Shown here: in pieces, positions 1-9,200 of the stretch | How positions within the stretch are numbered: position 1 is the stretch's first letter | Layout of the letters: each line of letters starts with the position of its first letter | Assembly: GCA_937996615.1 (NCBI GenBank) | Contig: CALKVD010000042.1 | Coordinates: 1-43,706 of the forward strand | Source of the DNA: an uncultured Rickettsiales bacterium | Lineage (GTDB): Bacteria; Pseudomonadota; Alphaproteobacteria; Rickettsiales; Midichloriaceae | Reading direction: 5' to 3' | DNA: 43,706 nt | Notes under the pieces: generated by a model | The model's database searches: none | The model's input: only the letters and a program-made list of their open reading frames with translations | What the model was told of the DNA's origin: nothing | Position numbers and translations under genes: made by a program

Positions 1-50
1 TACGAGATATGCCTAAGTGACTGGAGTTCAGACGTGTGCTCTTCCGATCT
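1..50. other. Illumina library adapter (3' end of P7, an 8-nt index position, and the Read-2 primer site); not genomic
   Basis: nt 1-8 TACGAGAT match the end of P7 (..GGCATACGAGAT). nt 9-16 ATGCCTAA occupy the index position (reverse complement TTAGGCAT). nt 17-50 GTGACTGGAGTTCAGACGTGTGCTCTTCCGATCT match the TruSeq Read-2 adapter exactly. Confidence 0.9.
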
Positions 51-1040
51 TGATATCATTCCAATATTGATAAATATATGAACAAAAAGCAGAGATGCAA
101 TGCCAGCAGCGATGATTCTACTCGCTAACGCATTGCTATTACGAGATATCAACCAACACATGCTGATCAATAACATATATAACGCTAGTATTAGCACAAC
201 GCCAATAAACCCACACTCTTCAGCAAGCAAAGTAAAAATAAAATCAGTATGTTTTTCAGGTAAAAAGTCTAATTGATTTTGGGATCCTTGCAACAAACCC
301 TGACCATAAATCCCCCCAGCTCCCACTGCAACCTGAGATTGAATTATATTATATCCGGCACCTAAATGATCACTCTCAGGATTAAGAAAAGTCATAATCC
401 TTTGTTTTTGATAATCATGCAAAAAATTCCAACATATTGGGCCAGTAATAATTACCCCCCCTAAAACCAAAGCAAATTTATATATCTTAACGCCAGCTAT
501 AAAAAAAATAGCCCCACTAACTAGCAAAAGTATTGTAGCAGTACCAAGATTTGGTTGCTTTAAAACTAAAGCAACTGGTACTAGAGTTAAAAAAATGGGG
601 AATATTATTCCCTTCCAAGTTTTGATTTCTGTAAATTTAGTAGCATGGAAATATCTTGCCAATGCGAGGATCAAACCTATCTTCATTAGCTCAGAAGGCT
701 GGATATTGACAAAACCAAATCGCAACCACCTCTGCGCACCCATTGCTGTATATCCAAGGATTTCAGCTACAACTAAAAGAACCAAAGTCACTGCATAAAT
801 ATGGTACGCATAGCAATAGAAAACATTAATGTTTATAAAACTGAATGCTATTACTATAAAAAATAGTATCAGCACCATTATACCTTGCTTTTCCGCCCAA
901 ATATCAAATTGTCCGTTAGCAGCAGAATATAAACCTAATAACCCAATCAAACTCAAAATAACACTTAATCCTAGCACCATGATACCATAAAAATTCAGCG
1001 ATAATGGTGAAATCATTGAGAGAGAGCGTAAATAAGCCAT
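51..1040 (-). CDS. rodA: Peptidoglycan glycosyltransferase RodA (SEDS family); C-terminus cut off by the adapter at the contig end
   Basis: My own reverse-strand translation from the ATG at 1040-1038 reads MAYLRSLSMISPLSLNFYG...QRWLRFGFVNIQPSELMKIGLILALARYF...NPESDHLGAGYNIIQSQVAVGAGGIYGQGLLQGSQNQLDFLPEKHTDFIFTLLAEECGFIG. These are typical RodA/FtsW motifs. The frame stays open to nt 51, so the ORF is absent from the ORF track (no stop codon). Confidence 0.85.
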
Positions 1041-1154
1041 ATATATTTATTGATATTTAGTTTGGTTGATTATTTTAAAATACTTGAGCCACTAGACGAA
1101 AGCAAGGTTTAGCTGTATATTTAACAACTGAATGTAAAAAACTGAAAAATGTGA

Positions 1155-2015
1155 GTGAATAACATAAGTAAAATCTCAGGCGTATTAACAATTCTCGGTT
1201 GTGGCGGATCTTGGGGCGTTCCTCAAATAAATTGTGATTGTCCAGTCTGTGTTTCTGACAACCCTAAAAACATCAGAACCAGGGCCTCAATACTTTTGGA
1301 TATAAATGGATATATCTTATTGATAGATGCATCACCAGATCTTCGAACTCAAGCATTAAAAAATAATATTTTTGATATTGATGGCATTTTTATAACTCAT
1401 GATCACTACGATCATATTGGTGGATTGAGTGATATCAAAGGATTACTCACTCACTATACTCGAGAAAATAATATTATACATAAATCAATCCCAATTTTTA
1501 TGGATAACATCACAGGAAAAAGTCTGATAAATAAAAATAATTATCTTATAGCTTCAAACAACGATTTATATCCCAACTTTTTGCAACCTCAGATATATAA
1601 TGCATATAGCGAAACCAATACTCAAAGTTTTGATGCCTTTAATCATAATATCGCCTTTTCTATTATCAAACCAAAAATTACTATTCACACAATGCTACAA
1701 AAACATGGCGAATATTTTTCATATGGTATCAGAGTTGGTAATTTAGCTTATTGCACCGATCTAACCGAAATATCAGCACAAGGTTACCAAATCCTCCAAG
1801 ATGTAGAAATTTTAATAATCGATTGCCTGAGACATGCCTATGCCCCAACTCACCTGTCACTTGGACAAACTCTTGATGTCATAGCTAAAGTCAACCCAAC
1901 TAAAGCAATTTTAACCCATATGTCACATGAACTAGACTATGACTGGCTAAAAAATAATCTACCAGCTAGAGTTGTTCCGGCATATGACGGAATGCAATTA
2001 GAATTCGAAATTTAG
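1155..2015 (+). CDS. MBL-fold metallo-hydrolase (PhnP/GPMB-like)
   Basis: N-terminus LTILGCGGSWGVPQINCDCPVC..NPKNIRTRASILL and metal-binding motif HDHYDHIGG. GTG start at 1155. Confidence 0.7.
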   Translation: MNNISKISGVLTILGCGGSWGVPQINCDCPVCVSDNPKNIRTRASILLDINGYILLIDASPDLRTQALKNNIFDIDGIFITHDHYDHIGGLSDIKGLLTHYTRENNIIHKSIPIFMDNITGKSLINKNNYLIASNNDLYPNFLQPQIYNAYSETNTQSFDAFNHNIAFSIIKPKITIHTMLQKHGEYFSYGIRVGNLAYCTDLTEISAQGYQILQDVEILIIDCLRHAYAPTHLSLGQTLDVIAKVNPTKAILTHMSHELDYDWLKNNLPARVVPAYDGMQLEFEI

Positions 2016-2050
2016 CTATTTTCATATTATAACAACACTATAATACCAAA

Positions 2051-2953
2051 TCACTTCAGCATAATAGCCGATAATTGAATTCCAAACTCAGAACTACCAG
2101 ATTTTTTTGCATGGCGACAACTAAAAAATTTATCTGGATTTTGGTAGGTATCAATTGCAATATTTTGGATATTGCTTTTTTGTATGCCAGCTTCACATAG
2201 TTTTTTATTACAGTATCTCCGCAAATCAAAGTAGTAACTTTTGGTTGAATTATGGTTTTGCAGAATCTTATCAGCATCAGATATATTTTTTCCCGTTCTA
2301 GTTGTGTCAAGGTTCGAATTAACTTGCTTCGAAATTGGTTTCAAATTAACTCCGGCAAAAAATTCAATATTACTTTTATCTTGAGCTATAAAATTAGCAT
2401 AAAAATTATCATCAACCTCATAAGAATCTTGGCTAATGCAAGGTCCAATTGTCGCTATAGTTGTATCAAGATTACTTCCCAAATTCATCATAACTTCAAT
2501 AGTCCTCAGAATAACGCCAGCGAATGCTCCCCGCCAACCAGCGTGAACCGCTGCAATGATTTGGTTTTGGGTGTCATATAACAGAATCGGCACACAATCA
2601 GCTGTCCCTACCCCTATCGCTATTCTTTTTTTCTTGGTCACAATGCTATCAGCTTGGGTTTTATAAATTTGATTCTGGTGGTAATTATTTTCGTCCAAAA
2701 CTAATACGTCGTTTCCATGGACTTGGCATACGGTATGGAGATGTTCTGGTTTTGTGTTAAAAACCTCTGCCAAAGAACGACATATAATTTGCAAATTTTG
2801 CCTAATATTATCAGCCTGATCATTGGTTTTAAAACCGCAATTTAAACTGTCATAAGGAGCTGGGCTAATTCCTCCAACTCTACCAAAAAACCCGTGAGCA
2901 ATTTGGGTAGCATGTTCGAGTTTCTTGTTACCATATAGGCATAGTACTGTCAT
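2051..2953 (-). CDS. pgeF: Peptidoglycan editing factor PgeF / YfiH (DUF152, laccase-domain) family protein
   Basis: Motifs HGFFGRVGG, QVHGNDV, ADCVPILLYD, AAVHAGWRG and FSCRH match the YfiH family. It carries an extra polar segment (~LKPISKQVNSNLDTTRTGKNISDADKILQNHNSTKS). Confidence 0.75.
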   Translation of the reverse strand: MTVLCLYGNKKLEHATQIAHGFFGRVGGISPAPYDSLNCGFKTNDQADNIRQNLQIICRSLAEVFNTKPEHLHTVCQVHGNDVLVLDENNYHQNQIYKTQADSIVTKKKRIAIGVGTADCVPILLYDTQNQIIAAVHAGWRGAFAGVILRTIEVMMNLGSNLDTTIATIGPCISQDSYEVDDNFYANFIAQDKSNIEFFAGVNLKPISKQVNSNLDTTRTGKNISDADKILQNHNSTKSYYFDLRRYCNKKLCEAGIQKSNIQNIAIDTYQNPDKFFSCRHAKKSGSSEFGIQLSAIMLK

Positions 2954-3160
2954 AGTATATCGATACGAATTGGTTCGGTTTAATATTGTGCTATCAATTT
3001 ATTATGACCGTTTTTTTGATCTTTTTTCTTATAGCTGAATCGGTATAAACGAAGTGCGTTATTTACTATCTTTTGCTGAGAATTTTTTGAATATAACAGC
3101 TTTTTAGCATATCTTTTTTATACCGCTTTGCTATATCAACTTAATTAAAATGCAAGACAA

Positions 3161-4966
3161 CTACTTCCCGGCTCTTTTGCGCATATTAGCGTCTAGCAAT
3201 TTTTTCCGTAAACGCAAACTTTGGGGAGTAACTTCAACCAGTTCGTCATCCTGAATATATGACAGCATTTCTTCAAGAGTCATTAGTTTTGGCGGAGTTA
3301 GTTTGATGTTTTCGTCGTTACCCGCTGCCCTAATATTGGTCAATTGTTTTCCTTTAATTGCGTTGACCTCTAGGTCATTATCCTTGTTATGTTCACCTAT
3401 AATCATTCCAGTATATACCTTGGTTTTAGCCGTAACGAACATTAACCCTCGCTCCTCCAAGCCATACATCGCATATGCAGTTGTTTCACCTTCGGCATTT
3501 GAGATTAGAGATCCGTTTCTTCGACCAGGGATCTCCCCGCATACCGCGCGATATTCAATGAAAGAACGGTTCAAAACCCCAGTTCCACGAGTATCATTAC
3601 GGAATTCGCTTTGATAGCCAATTAGTCCACGCGAAGGACTATGGAAAATTAGACGAGTTTTACCAGCACCGGAAGGACGCATATCAACCATCTCCCCCCT
3701 ACGTTGCGATAGCTTCTCGATCACAATACCGCTATATTCGTCATCAACATCAACGACAACTTCTTCGAATGGCTCAAATTTTTTCCCTCCATCTTCTCTA
3801 AATAAAACTTTAGGACGAGAAACTGAAAGTTCAAAACCTTCCCTGCGCATATTTTCAATCAATACTCCAAGCTGCAGCTCTCCCCTTCCTCCAACTTCGA
3901 AACTTTCACCCTTAGTTCCAATATTAAGCGATATGGCAACGTTAGTTTCAGCTTCTCGCTCAAGTCTGTCGAGAATCATTCTTGACGTCACTTTGCTACC
4001 TTCAGTCCCTGCAAAAGGAGAATCGTTAACGCTAAGAGTGATTGACATGGTCGGCGGATCGATTGGGGTGGAATCAATCGGCTTTATAACAGAAGTATGA
4101 CATATTGTATCAGCAACGGTAGCATTTTTAGTACCAGCGATTGCGATTATATCTCCGGCAATTGCTTGGTCTATGATAACACGATTAATTCCATGAAAAC
4201 CAAAAATCTTAGTTAGCTTGGTAGTTTCTGTTTGCTGACCTTCGAGGTTTAGAACCTTGACTTGATCTCCAACCCTAACACTGCCAGAATATACTTTTCC
4301 GATCAGCAAACGACCAACATATGGGTCAGCAGTTAGAATTGTTGTCAGCATCGCAAATGGACCATCGCTATCAACCGATGGTGGACTCACATATTCCCGC
4401 ATTACTTTAAACAATGGCTCTAGATTTGTTGATTCTTGATTTAATTCTAAAGTTGCCCAACCGTTTCGTCCAGACGCATATAGCAAAGGAAAATCGACCT
4501 GTTCCTCGTTAGCATTAAGAGCTATAAATAATTCTAAAACCTCATCAATAACTTCATCAATCCTGCTGTCAGGTCTGTCAACTTTGTTGATTACAACTAT
4601 AGGTTTTAGGCCTGATTGCAAAGCTTTGCTTAAAACAAATTTTGTTTGCGGCATTGGGCCTTCTGAGGCGTCCACAAGGAGAATCACCCCATCAACCATC
4701 GATAAGACTCGTTCAACTTCACCACCAAAATCAGCGTGCCCTGGAGTGTCGATTATATTATATTTAATGCTATCGTGAGTAAACGAGGTGCATTTAGCAA
4801 GGATTGTAATCCCCCGTTCTTGCTCAATAGCGTTATGATCTATCACTATGCTACCAGCATTACGGAAATCACCACTTTGTTGAAGCATATTACTGACTAA
4901 TGTTGTTTTACCATGGTCAACGTGGGCAATAATAGCGATGTTACGAATATTTTCAGCTGCAATCAT
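3161..4966 (-). CDS. typA: Translational GTPase TypA/BipA
   Basis: MIAAENIRNIAIIAHVDHGKTTL, DTPGHADFGGEVER, NKVDR and EF-G-like domains. The ORF track starts at a TTG (4987). The ATG at 4966 gives the canonical N-terminus, so I use that. Confidence 0.9.
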   Translation of the reverse strand: MIAAENIRNIAIIAHVDHGKTTLVSNMLQQSGDFRNAGSIVIDHNAIEQERGITILAKCTSFTHDSIKYNIIDTPGHADFGGEVERVLSMVDGVILLVDASEGPMPQTKFVLSKALQSGLKPIVVINKVDRPDSRIDEVIDEVLELFIALNANEEQVDFPLLYASGRNGWATLELNQESTNLEPLFKVMREYVSPPSVDSDGPFAMLTTILTADPYVGRLLIGKVYSGSVRVGDQVKVLNLEGQQTETTKLTKIFGFHGINRVIIDQAIAGDIIAIAGTKNATVADTICHTSVIKPIDSTPIDPPTMSITLSVNDSPFAGTEGSKVTSRMILDRLEREAETNVAISLNIGTKGESFEVGGRGELQLGVLIENMRREGFELSVSRPKVLFREDGGKKFEPFEEVVVDVDDEYSGIVIEKLSQRRGEMVDMRPSGAGKTRLIFHSPSRGLIGYQSEFRNDTRGTGVLNRSFIEYRAVCGEIPGRRNGSLISNAEGETTAYAMYGLEERGLMFVTAKTKVYTGMIIGEHNKDNDLEVNAIKGKQLTNIRAAGNDENIKLTPPKLMTLEEMLSYIQDDELVEVTPQSLRLRKKLLDANMRKRAGK

Positions 4967-5100
4967 TTTTTTACAATTAAAATTCAAAAGTTATAAATTA
5001 AATCTACCATTCTAACGATTGTATAGCAAAACTCTTACATAAGCAATATAAGTTATGTTACTGCGGTTTTGCTGTTAAAACGCAACCTTCTTCGGGTTAA

Positions 5101-8100
5101 CTATAGACTATCGTTCTCTCTCAACTCTACCAACTTCTCTCTAGCACCGAGCCAATAATTAGTTTGGGCTTCGAGCAAACTGTTTTTTTTCAATCTTTGC
5201 TTTAAACATTCAAAATCAACAGTTCGGGCATCTTGATCTTGATTGAAGCAACTATAGACAAATTTTTCTGCACCTGTTTGGGGATCAACCTGACGTTGTA
5301 AGCATTGGGCACATATCTCTTTCATCATGCATTGCATTGGTGAATTGATTGATGCTATTACTTTTATATTTTCTTTAAACACTCGGGAAGTACTTTTAAA
5401 AATATTTTTAAATATATATCTCGTGACAGCTTCCATCATACTATCAGATCCTATAACTATAACTCGATCCACATCTTTAAGTTGTATTTTGTTTTGTTGA
5501 TCAACAGATTGGGTTTGGTATTCCTCAATCGCATTGATTATATTTCCTTGAATCGCAAAATCTTGCCGTCTTGATTTTGTTAGCAAACCTTGGTCACAAG
5601 CCCAAATCACAATATCAGCGTTTTCTTCAATCATCTCGTGTTTATATCGGTCATACAAATGGCGATACCCAGCGAAATATATAACCTTGCATCCATTTTG
5701 TTTTAATCCGTTAGCAATCGAAAACAAAACTGCATTCCCTAATCCGCCACCAACCAACATAATAGTTTCGTCTGAAGGCAACTCGGTTGGAGAGCCGGTT
5801 GGGCCCATCAGATTTATATATTCTCCTGGTTGCAGGAGTGAACATAACTTAGAGCTACCACCAACTTCTAATACAATAAGCGATATATTACCCGAAGCAT
5901 GATCTACGCTTGCTCCAGTCAATGCTAATGGCTCGATTGTTTTGCTGGCGTCAGATTTGCAACTACCAGTATCATTAAATTGAGAGATGTAGTTTTGTAA
6001 TCTAAAAAATTGACCGGGTTGAAAATTTTGGGCAGCCGTTGGAGCATTGATAATTAACTCAACAACTGTTGGGGTTAATCGATGGACGGACACAACCTTT
6101 GCGAGCAGAGCGCTATCCAATTTAGCAAAGAATTCAGCACTATATTCGTGATTATTGATTTTATTGGCACCTTTTTCCAGGTAATATTGCCGATTCTTGG
6201 TTTTATTTCCCTCTTCTCGATTTGCTTCATCGTTTTTCTGATTGATTAAATCAATTATTTCCATATAACCATCCTTCGCACTGGCCATTGCTTTGACAAC
6301 ACTACCAAAGTATTTGGGGTGATTATCGCCAAATATACTGTAGGAACATTTTTTAATATTGGAACTTGCTATTTTCTGATTCCCTATGCCTTGGTTAGTT
6401 TTGTTCTGATTTGCCGAATGATGAATATCTACCAGGTCATTCGTCTGAATCTGAAAATCTTTTCCTTCCATTAATTTAAAATATTTATTCTCATCTATAT
6501 CCCAAATCCCAAGATTTTCTCGCGCTATAGTTGTGTTTGGCTCTGTCCCTATAGCATAAATAATAGTGCGAGCAGGTATATTTTTGGTTCTATTATCTTT
6601 AGCGTAATAAACACTTTTGCATGCGCCAAATTTATCTTTTTCGATTCCGTTCGGCACTGCATTTTCAATAACAGCAATTCCTTCTCTTAATGCATGATCA
6701 ACTTCTTCATGATTAATCCGATATGCTGGCGATTGATTGAACTTTCCGCGATACATAATTTTAACCCCACCCCATTTCAAAAGTAAATCTCTTTGCCGCT
6801 CCGGATAAAGACGCAGCTCTTTTGCATGAGTTATAAATTCTTGTGCTATTATATTATCTTCTAGTGACAGATTTGCGATTGGATCAGCTCCTGATTTTAT
6901 AATTTCTTCATGTCGCTGCAAAAATTTTTCTACCTGCGCACAGTAATAGGTCAAGCTTTCAGTGGCAGCATCAAAAGCTGTCAGACCAGCTCCAATCACG
7001 ACAATTGGCAACCTGATTTGCTGATTTGCTATACTATTACGATGCATCACACCACTAAGTTGTAGCGACATCAGAAAATCAGAAGCTGTTTGGGCTCCCT
7101 TTGCTAACACATCCGAGATATGGGGCAATTTTGGTCGGCCAGCTCCGGTTGCAAGAGCGACATGCTCAAAACCAAAACTATGAACGTTTGCGTGAGTTAT
7201 CTGAGAACCAAATCTCACTCCGCCATACATCCTAAAAGCTTCTCGTCGCTCAAGCAACAAACGAACGATGGTTAGATAATTTTTGTTCCAACGAGCAGTG
7301 ATCCCATATTCCATCACTCCGCCAAAACCATATGCCACCCGTTCGTCCAAATCTTGAAACAGAGATTTGACATTATAAATAGGTTCAAAATCACAACGGC
7401 TACCGTCAAGTTTAATTCCGTTAATTTCGGCTGGTAATGGTTCTATCTTTAAGCCATCAATCCCAACAACAGTCACACCCTGATTCAAGAGATAATGAGC
7501 CAAAGTAAACCCAGCTGGCCCCATTCCAACAACCAGGATTTTCTTATTCGATTCTTCTTGTGGCAGAAAATTAATAAAACTCAGCGGGTTCCATTTAGTG
7601 ATTAAGCTATATATCTCAAAACCCCAAGGCAAATCCAACAAATCGTCAATATTTTGCGTTTCAACCATCGGGATATTAACTGGGGTTTGTTTTTGGTAGA
7701 TACAAGCTTTCATACAATCGTTACATATCCGATGCCCGGTTGCTACCAGCATTGGGTTGTCTAAAGCTGCGATCGTAACAGAGCCAATAAGATAACCATC
7801 ACGCCGCAAAACATGCATTTCTGAAATTTTTTCGCGTAACGGACAGCCAGATAATTCAATCCCAAGAGGATTGGCTGAATATGCTCCGGTTGCTTGCTTC
7901 ATTCCCTTAGAACATGAGTCTTTACTGCGATTGTGGCAATATAGGCAATAGTGGATTTCCTTTAAAGACTGCGGCAAATTGCGACTATTATCATTTAATT
8001 TAAAGTTATAACGATTTTTCCATAATCTTTCAGGATAATTCAGCAATTCTTCTGTTTTATCGCTGTCTTCATCTATGTTTTCGCCATTGTTTTGTTCAGT

Positions 8101-8841
8101 GATTTTATCACTTCCTGGTTTGTGATTTTTGCCACATCTATTGCTAATTAGATCCGGCAATAAATTATTATAATCAATTTTATCAGGAATTTTAAATAAT
8201 ATTCCACCACTGTGAATTGCAATTCCGTCATGATCATAAAGAGCCCATTGAGCATAAGCAACCAAAGCACCTAGTAATTTCTTTTCATTGATTTTTTCTG
8301 CCGCCTCAACTATTTTTGCAAATTGCAACTCAAACTCTAAAATATTTGTGCGATCTATTGTCGATGCTCGATTATCTTTAAACCACCTAGGTTTGAGCCA
8401 AGGAAAATCTAAGCCATGATTAGCTAAAACTGCCGTTTGATCGGGTAACAAATCTGGTGCAGCTTCTAATTTTAAATGAGCAACTTTTTTTTGGATAAAA
8501 AACTTATTACAACTATGGAGTGCAGAATAAATATGGTCTATCTTTTTTCTATCTTGGATCTCATATTCAAGCCCAAATAATTTATAGATAAATCTGTCCA
8601 AAATTTTCGCCATTCTAAGCAAAAACTCCGATTCTTCACCTGGCAACATATCAGCAAAAACATTAACCACTTGATGCTTTTGAATTTTTTGTCTTAGATC
8701 AATAATTTGGTTATATAATTCTATGTCGTGAGATTGAATATCTTCAAGAAAACAATCATCAATTTTCTTTAACCCATTTCTGCTGTATAAATCTTGAAAC
8801 TCCAAACCAAATCTTAGAGTTAATTTTATTTTTGGTTCCAC
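5101..8841 (-). CDS. 1246-aa fused flavoprotein oxidoreductase: unknown N-terminal ~290 aa, then a GltD/NfnB/SudA-like FeS + FAD/NAD(P) domain, then a PyrK/NfnA/SudB-like ferredoxin-reductase domain with a C-terminal Cys cluster
   Basis: Cys motifs CLYCHNRSKDSC, GCPLREKISE and CNDCMKACIY are followed by dinucleotide folds VVGMGPAGFTLAHYLL and VVIGAGLTAFDAA (GltD-like). The C-terminal part has RLTPTVVELIINAP..FQPGQFFRL, MLVGGGLGNAVLFSIA and CMMKEICAQCLQ..(x)..YSCFNQDQ (PyrK-like 2Fe-2S). GTG start. Confidence 0.7.
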   Translation of the reverse strand: MEPKIKLTLRFGLEFQDLYSRNGLKKIDDCFLEDIQSHDIELYNQIIDLRQKIQKHQVVNVFADMLPGEESEFLLRMAKILDRFIYKLFGLEYEIQDRKKIDHIYSALHSCNKFFIQKKVAHLKLEAAPDLLPDQTAVLANHGLDFPWLKPRWFKDNRASTIDRTNILEFELQFAKIVEAAEKINEKKLLGALVAYAQWALYDHDGIAIHSGGILFKIPDKIDYNNLLPDLISNRCGKNHKPGSDKITEQNNGENIDEDSDKTEELLNYPERLWKNRYNFKLNDNSRNLPQSLKEIHYCLYCHNRSKDSCSKGMKQATGAYSANPLGIELSGCPLREKISEMHVLRRDGYLIGSVTIAALDNPMLVATGHRICNDCMKACIYQKQTPVNIPMVETQNIDDLLDLPWGFEIYSLITKWNPLSFINFLPQEESNKKILVVGMGPAGFTLAHYLLNQGVTVVGIDGLKIEPLPAEINGIKLDGSRCDFEPIYNVKSLFQDLDERVAYGFGGVMEYGITARWNKNYLTIVRLLLERREAFRMYGGVRFGSQITHANVHSFGFEHVALATGAGRPKLPHISDVLAKGAQTASDFLMSLQLSGVMHRNSIANQQIRLPIVVIGAGLTAFDAATESLTYYCAQVEKFLQRHEEIIKSGADPIANLSLEDNIIAQEFITHAKELRLYPERQRDLLLKWGGVKIMYRGKFNQSPAYRINHEEVDHALREGIAVIENAVPNGIEKDKFGACKSVYYAKDNRTKNIPARTIIYAIGTEPNTTIARENLGIWDIDENKYFKLMEGKDFQIQTNDLVDIHHSANQNKTNQGIGNQKIASSNIKKCSYSIFGDNHPKYFGSVVKAMASAKDGYMEIIDLINQKNDEANREEGNKTKNRQYYLEKGANKINNHEYSAEFFAKLDSALLAKVVSVHRLTPTVVELIINAPTAAQNFQPGQFFRLQNYISQFNDTGSCKSDASKTIEPLALTGASVDHASGNISLIVLEVGGSSKLCSLLQPGEYINLMGPTGSPTELPSDETIMLVGGGLGNAVLFSIANGLKQNGCKVIYFAGYRHLYDRYKHEMIEENADIVIWACDQGLLTKSRRQDFAIQGNIINAIEEYQTQSVDQQNKIQLKDVDRVIVIGSDSMMEAVTRYIFKNIFKSTSRVFKENIKVIASINSPMQCMMKEICAQCLQRQVDPQTGAEKFVYSCFNQDQDARTVDFECLKQRLKKNSLLEAQTNYWLGAREKLVELRENDSL

Positions 8842-9200
8842 TGCTTACTTATTAAATTTTTTTGTTGTTATTTATCTACACACACTATCAAAATGATTAG
8901 TCTATAGAGAATTTAAAGTGAGAGAATTAATATGAGATTAGTTTCTGTTTTACCAAAACAAAAACAGCCAATTCGAGTCATTTTAGCACAAACATTTTGT
9001 TTGGTCGAGATTTTCCTATATAACTCTTTCTGTTGGAATTTTTTTGCTAACTATATAGAAATCGACAAAATGACAATTAATTTATCGTCTGCTTTTTATT
9101 TTGATTTAACATGGTTCTTGGTTTATTTTTCTAGAACTAGTTTTTTGATACCTTACCAAAATATCGTGTTATAGTATTATAACGCTATATTGGATCGATT

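Noticed and set aside
9127-9147. CTAG-containing mini-palindromes after flhA (TTTTTCTAGAACTAGTTTTTT) and after dapB (TCTAGAAAAACTAG, 25059-25072).
   Set aside because: The stems are only 4-6 bp with little or no loop, so this is not a credible hairpin. The 25059-25072 copy sits at the presumed IS border, and the similarity is too short to interpret.
8932-9174. 80-aa ORF in the spacer between the oxidoreductase and flhA.
   Set aside because: It has Phe/Leu/Ile-rich composition, as expected from AT-rich non-coding DNA. It has no ribosome-binding site and no motifs, and it lies in a promoter/terminator spacer.
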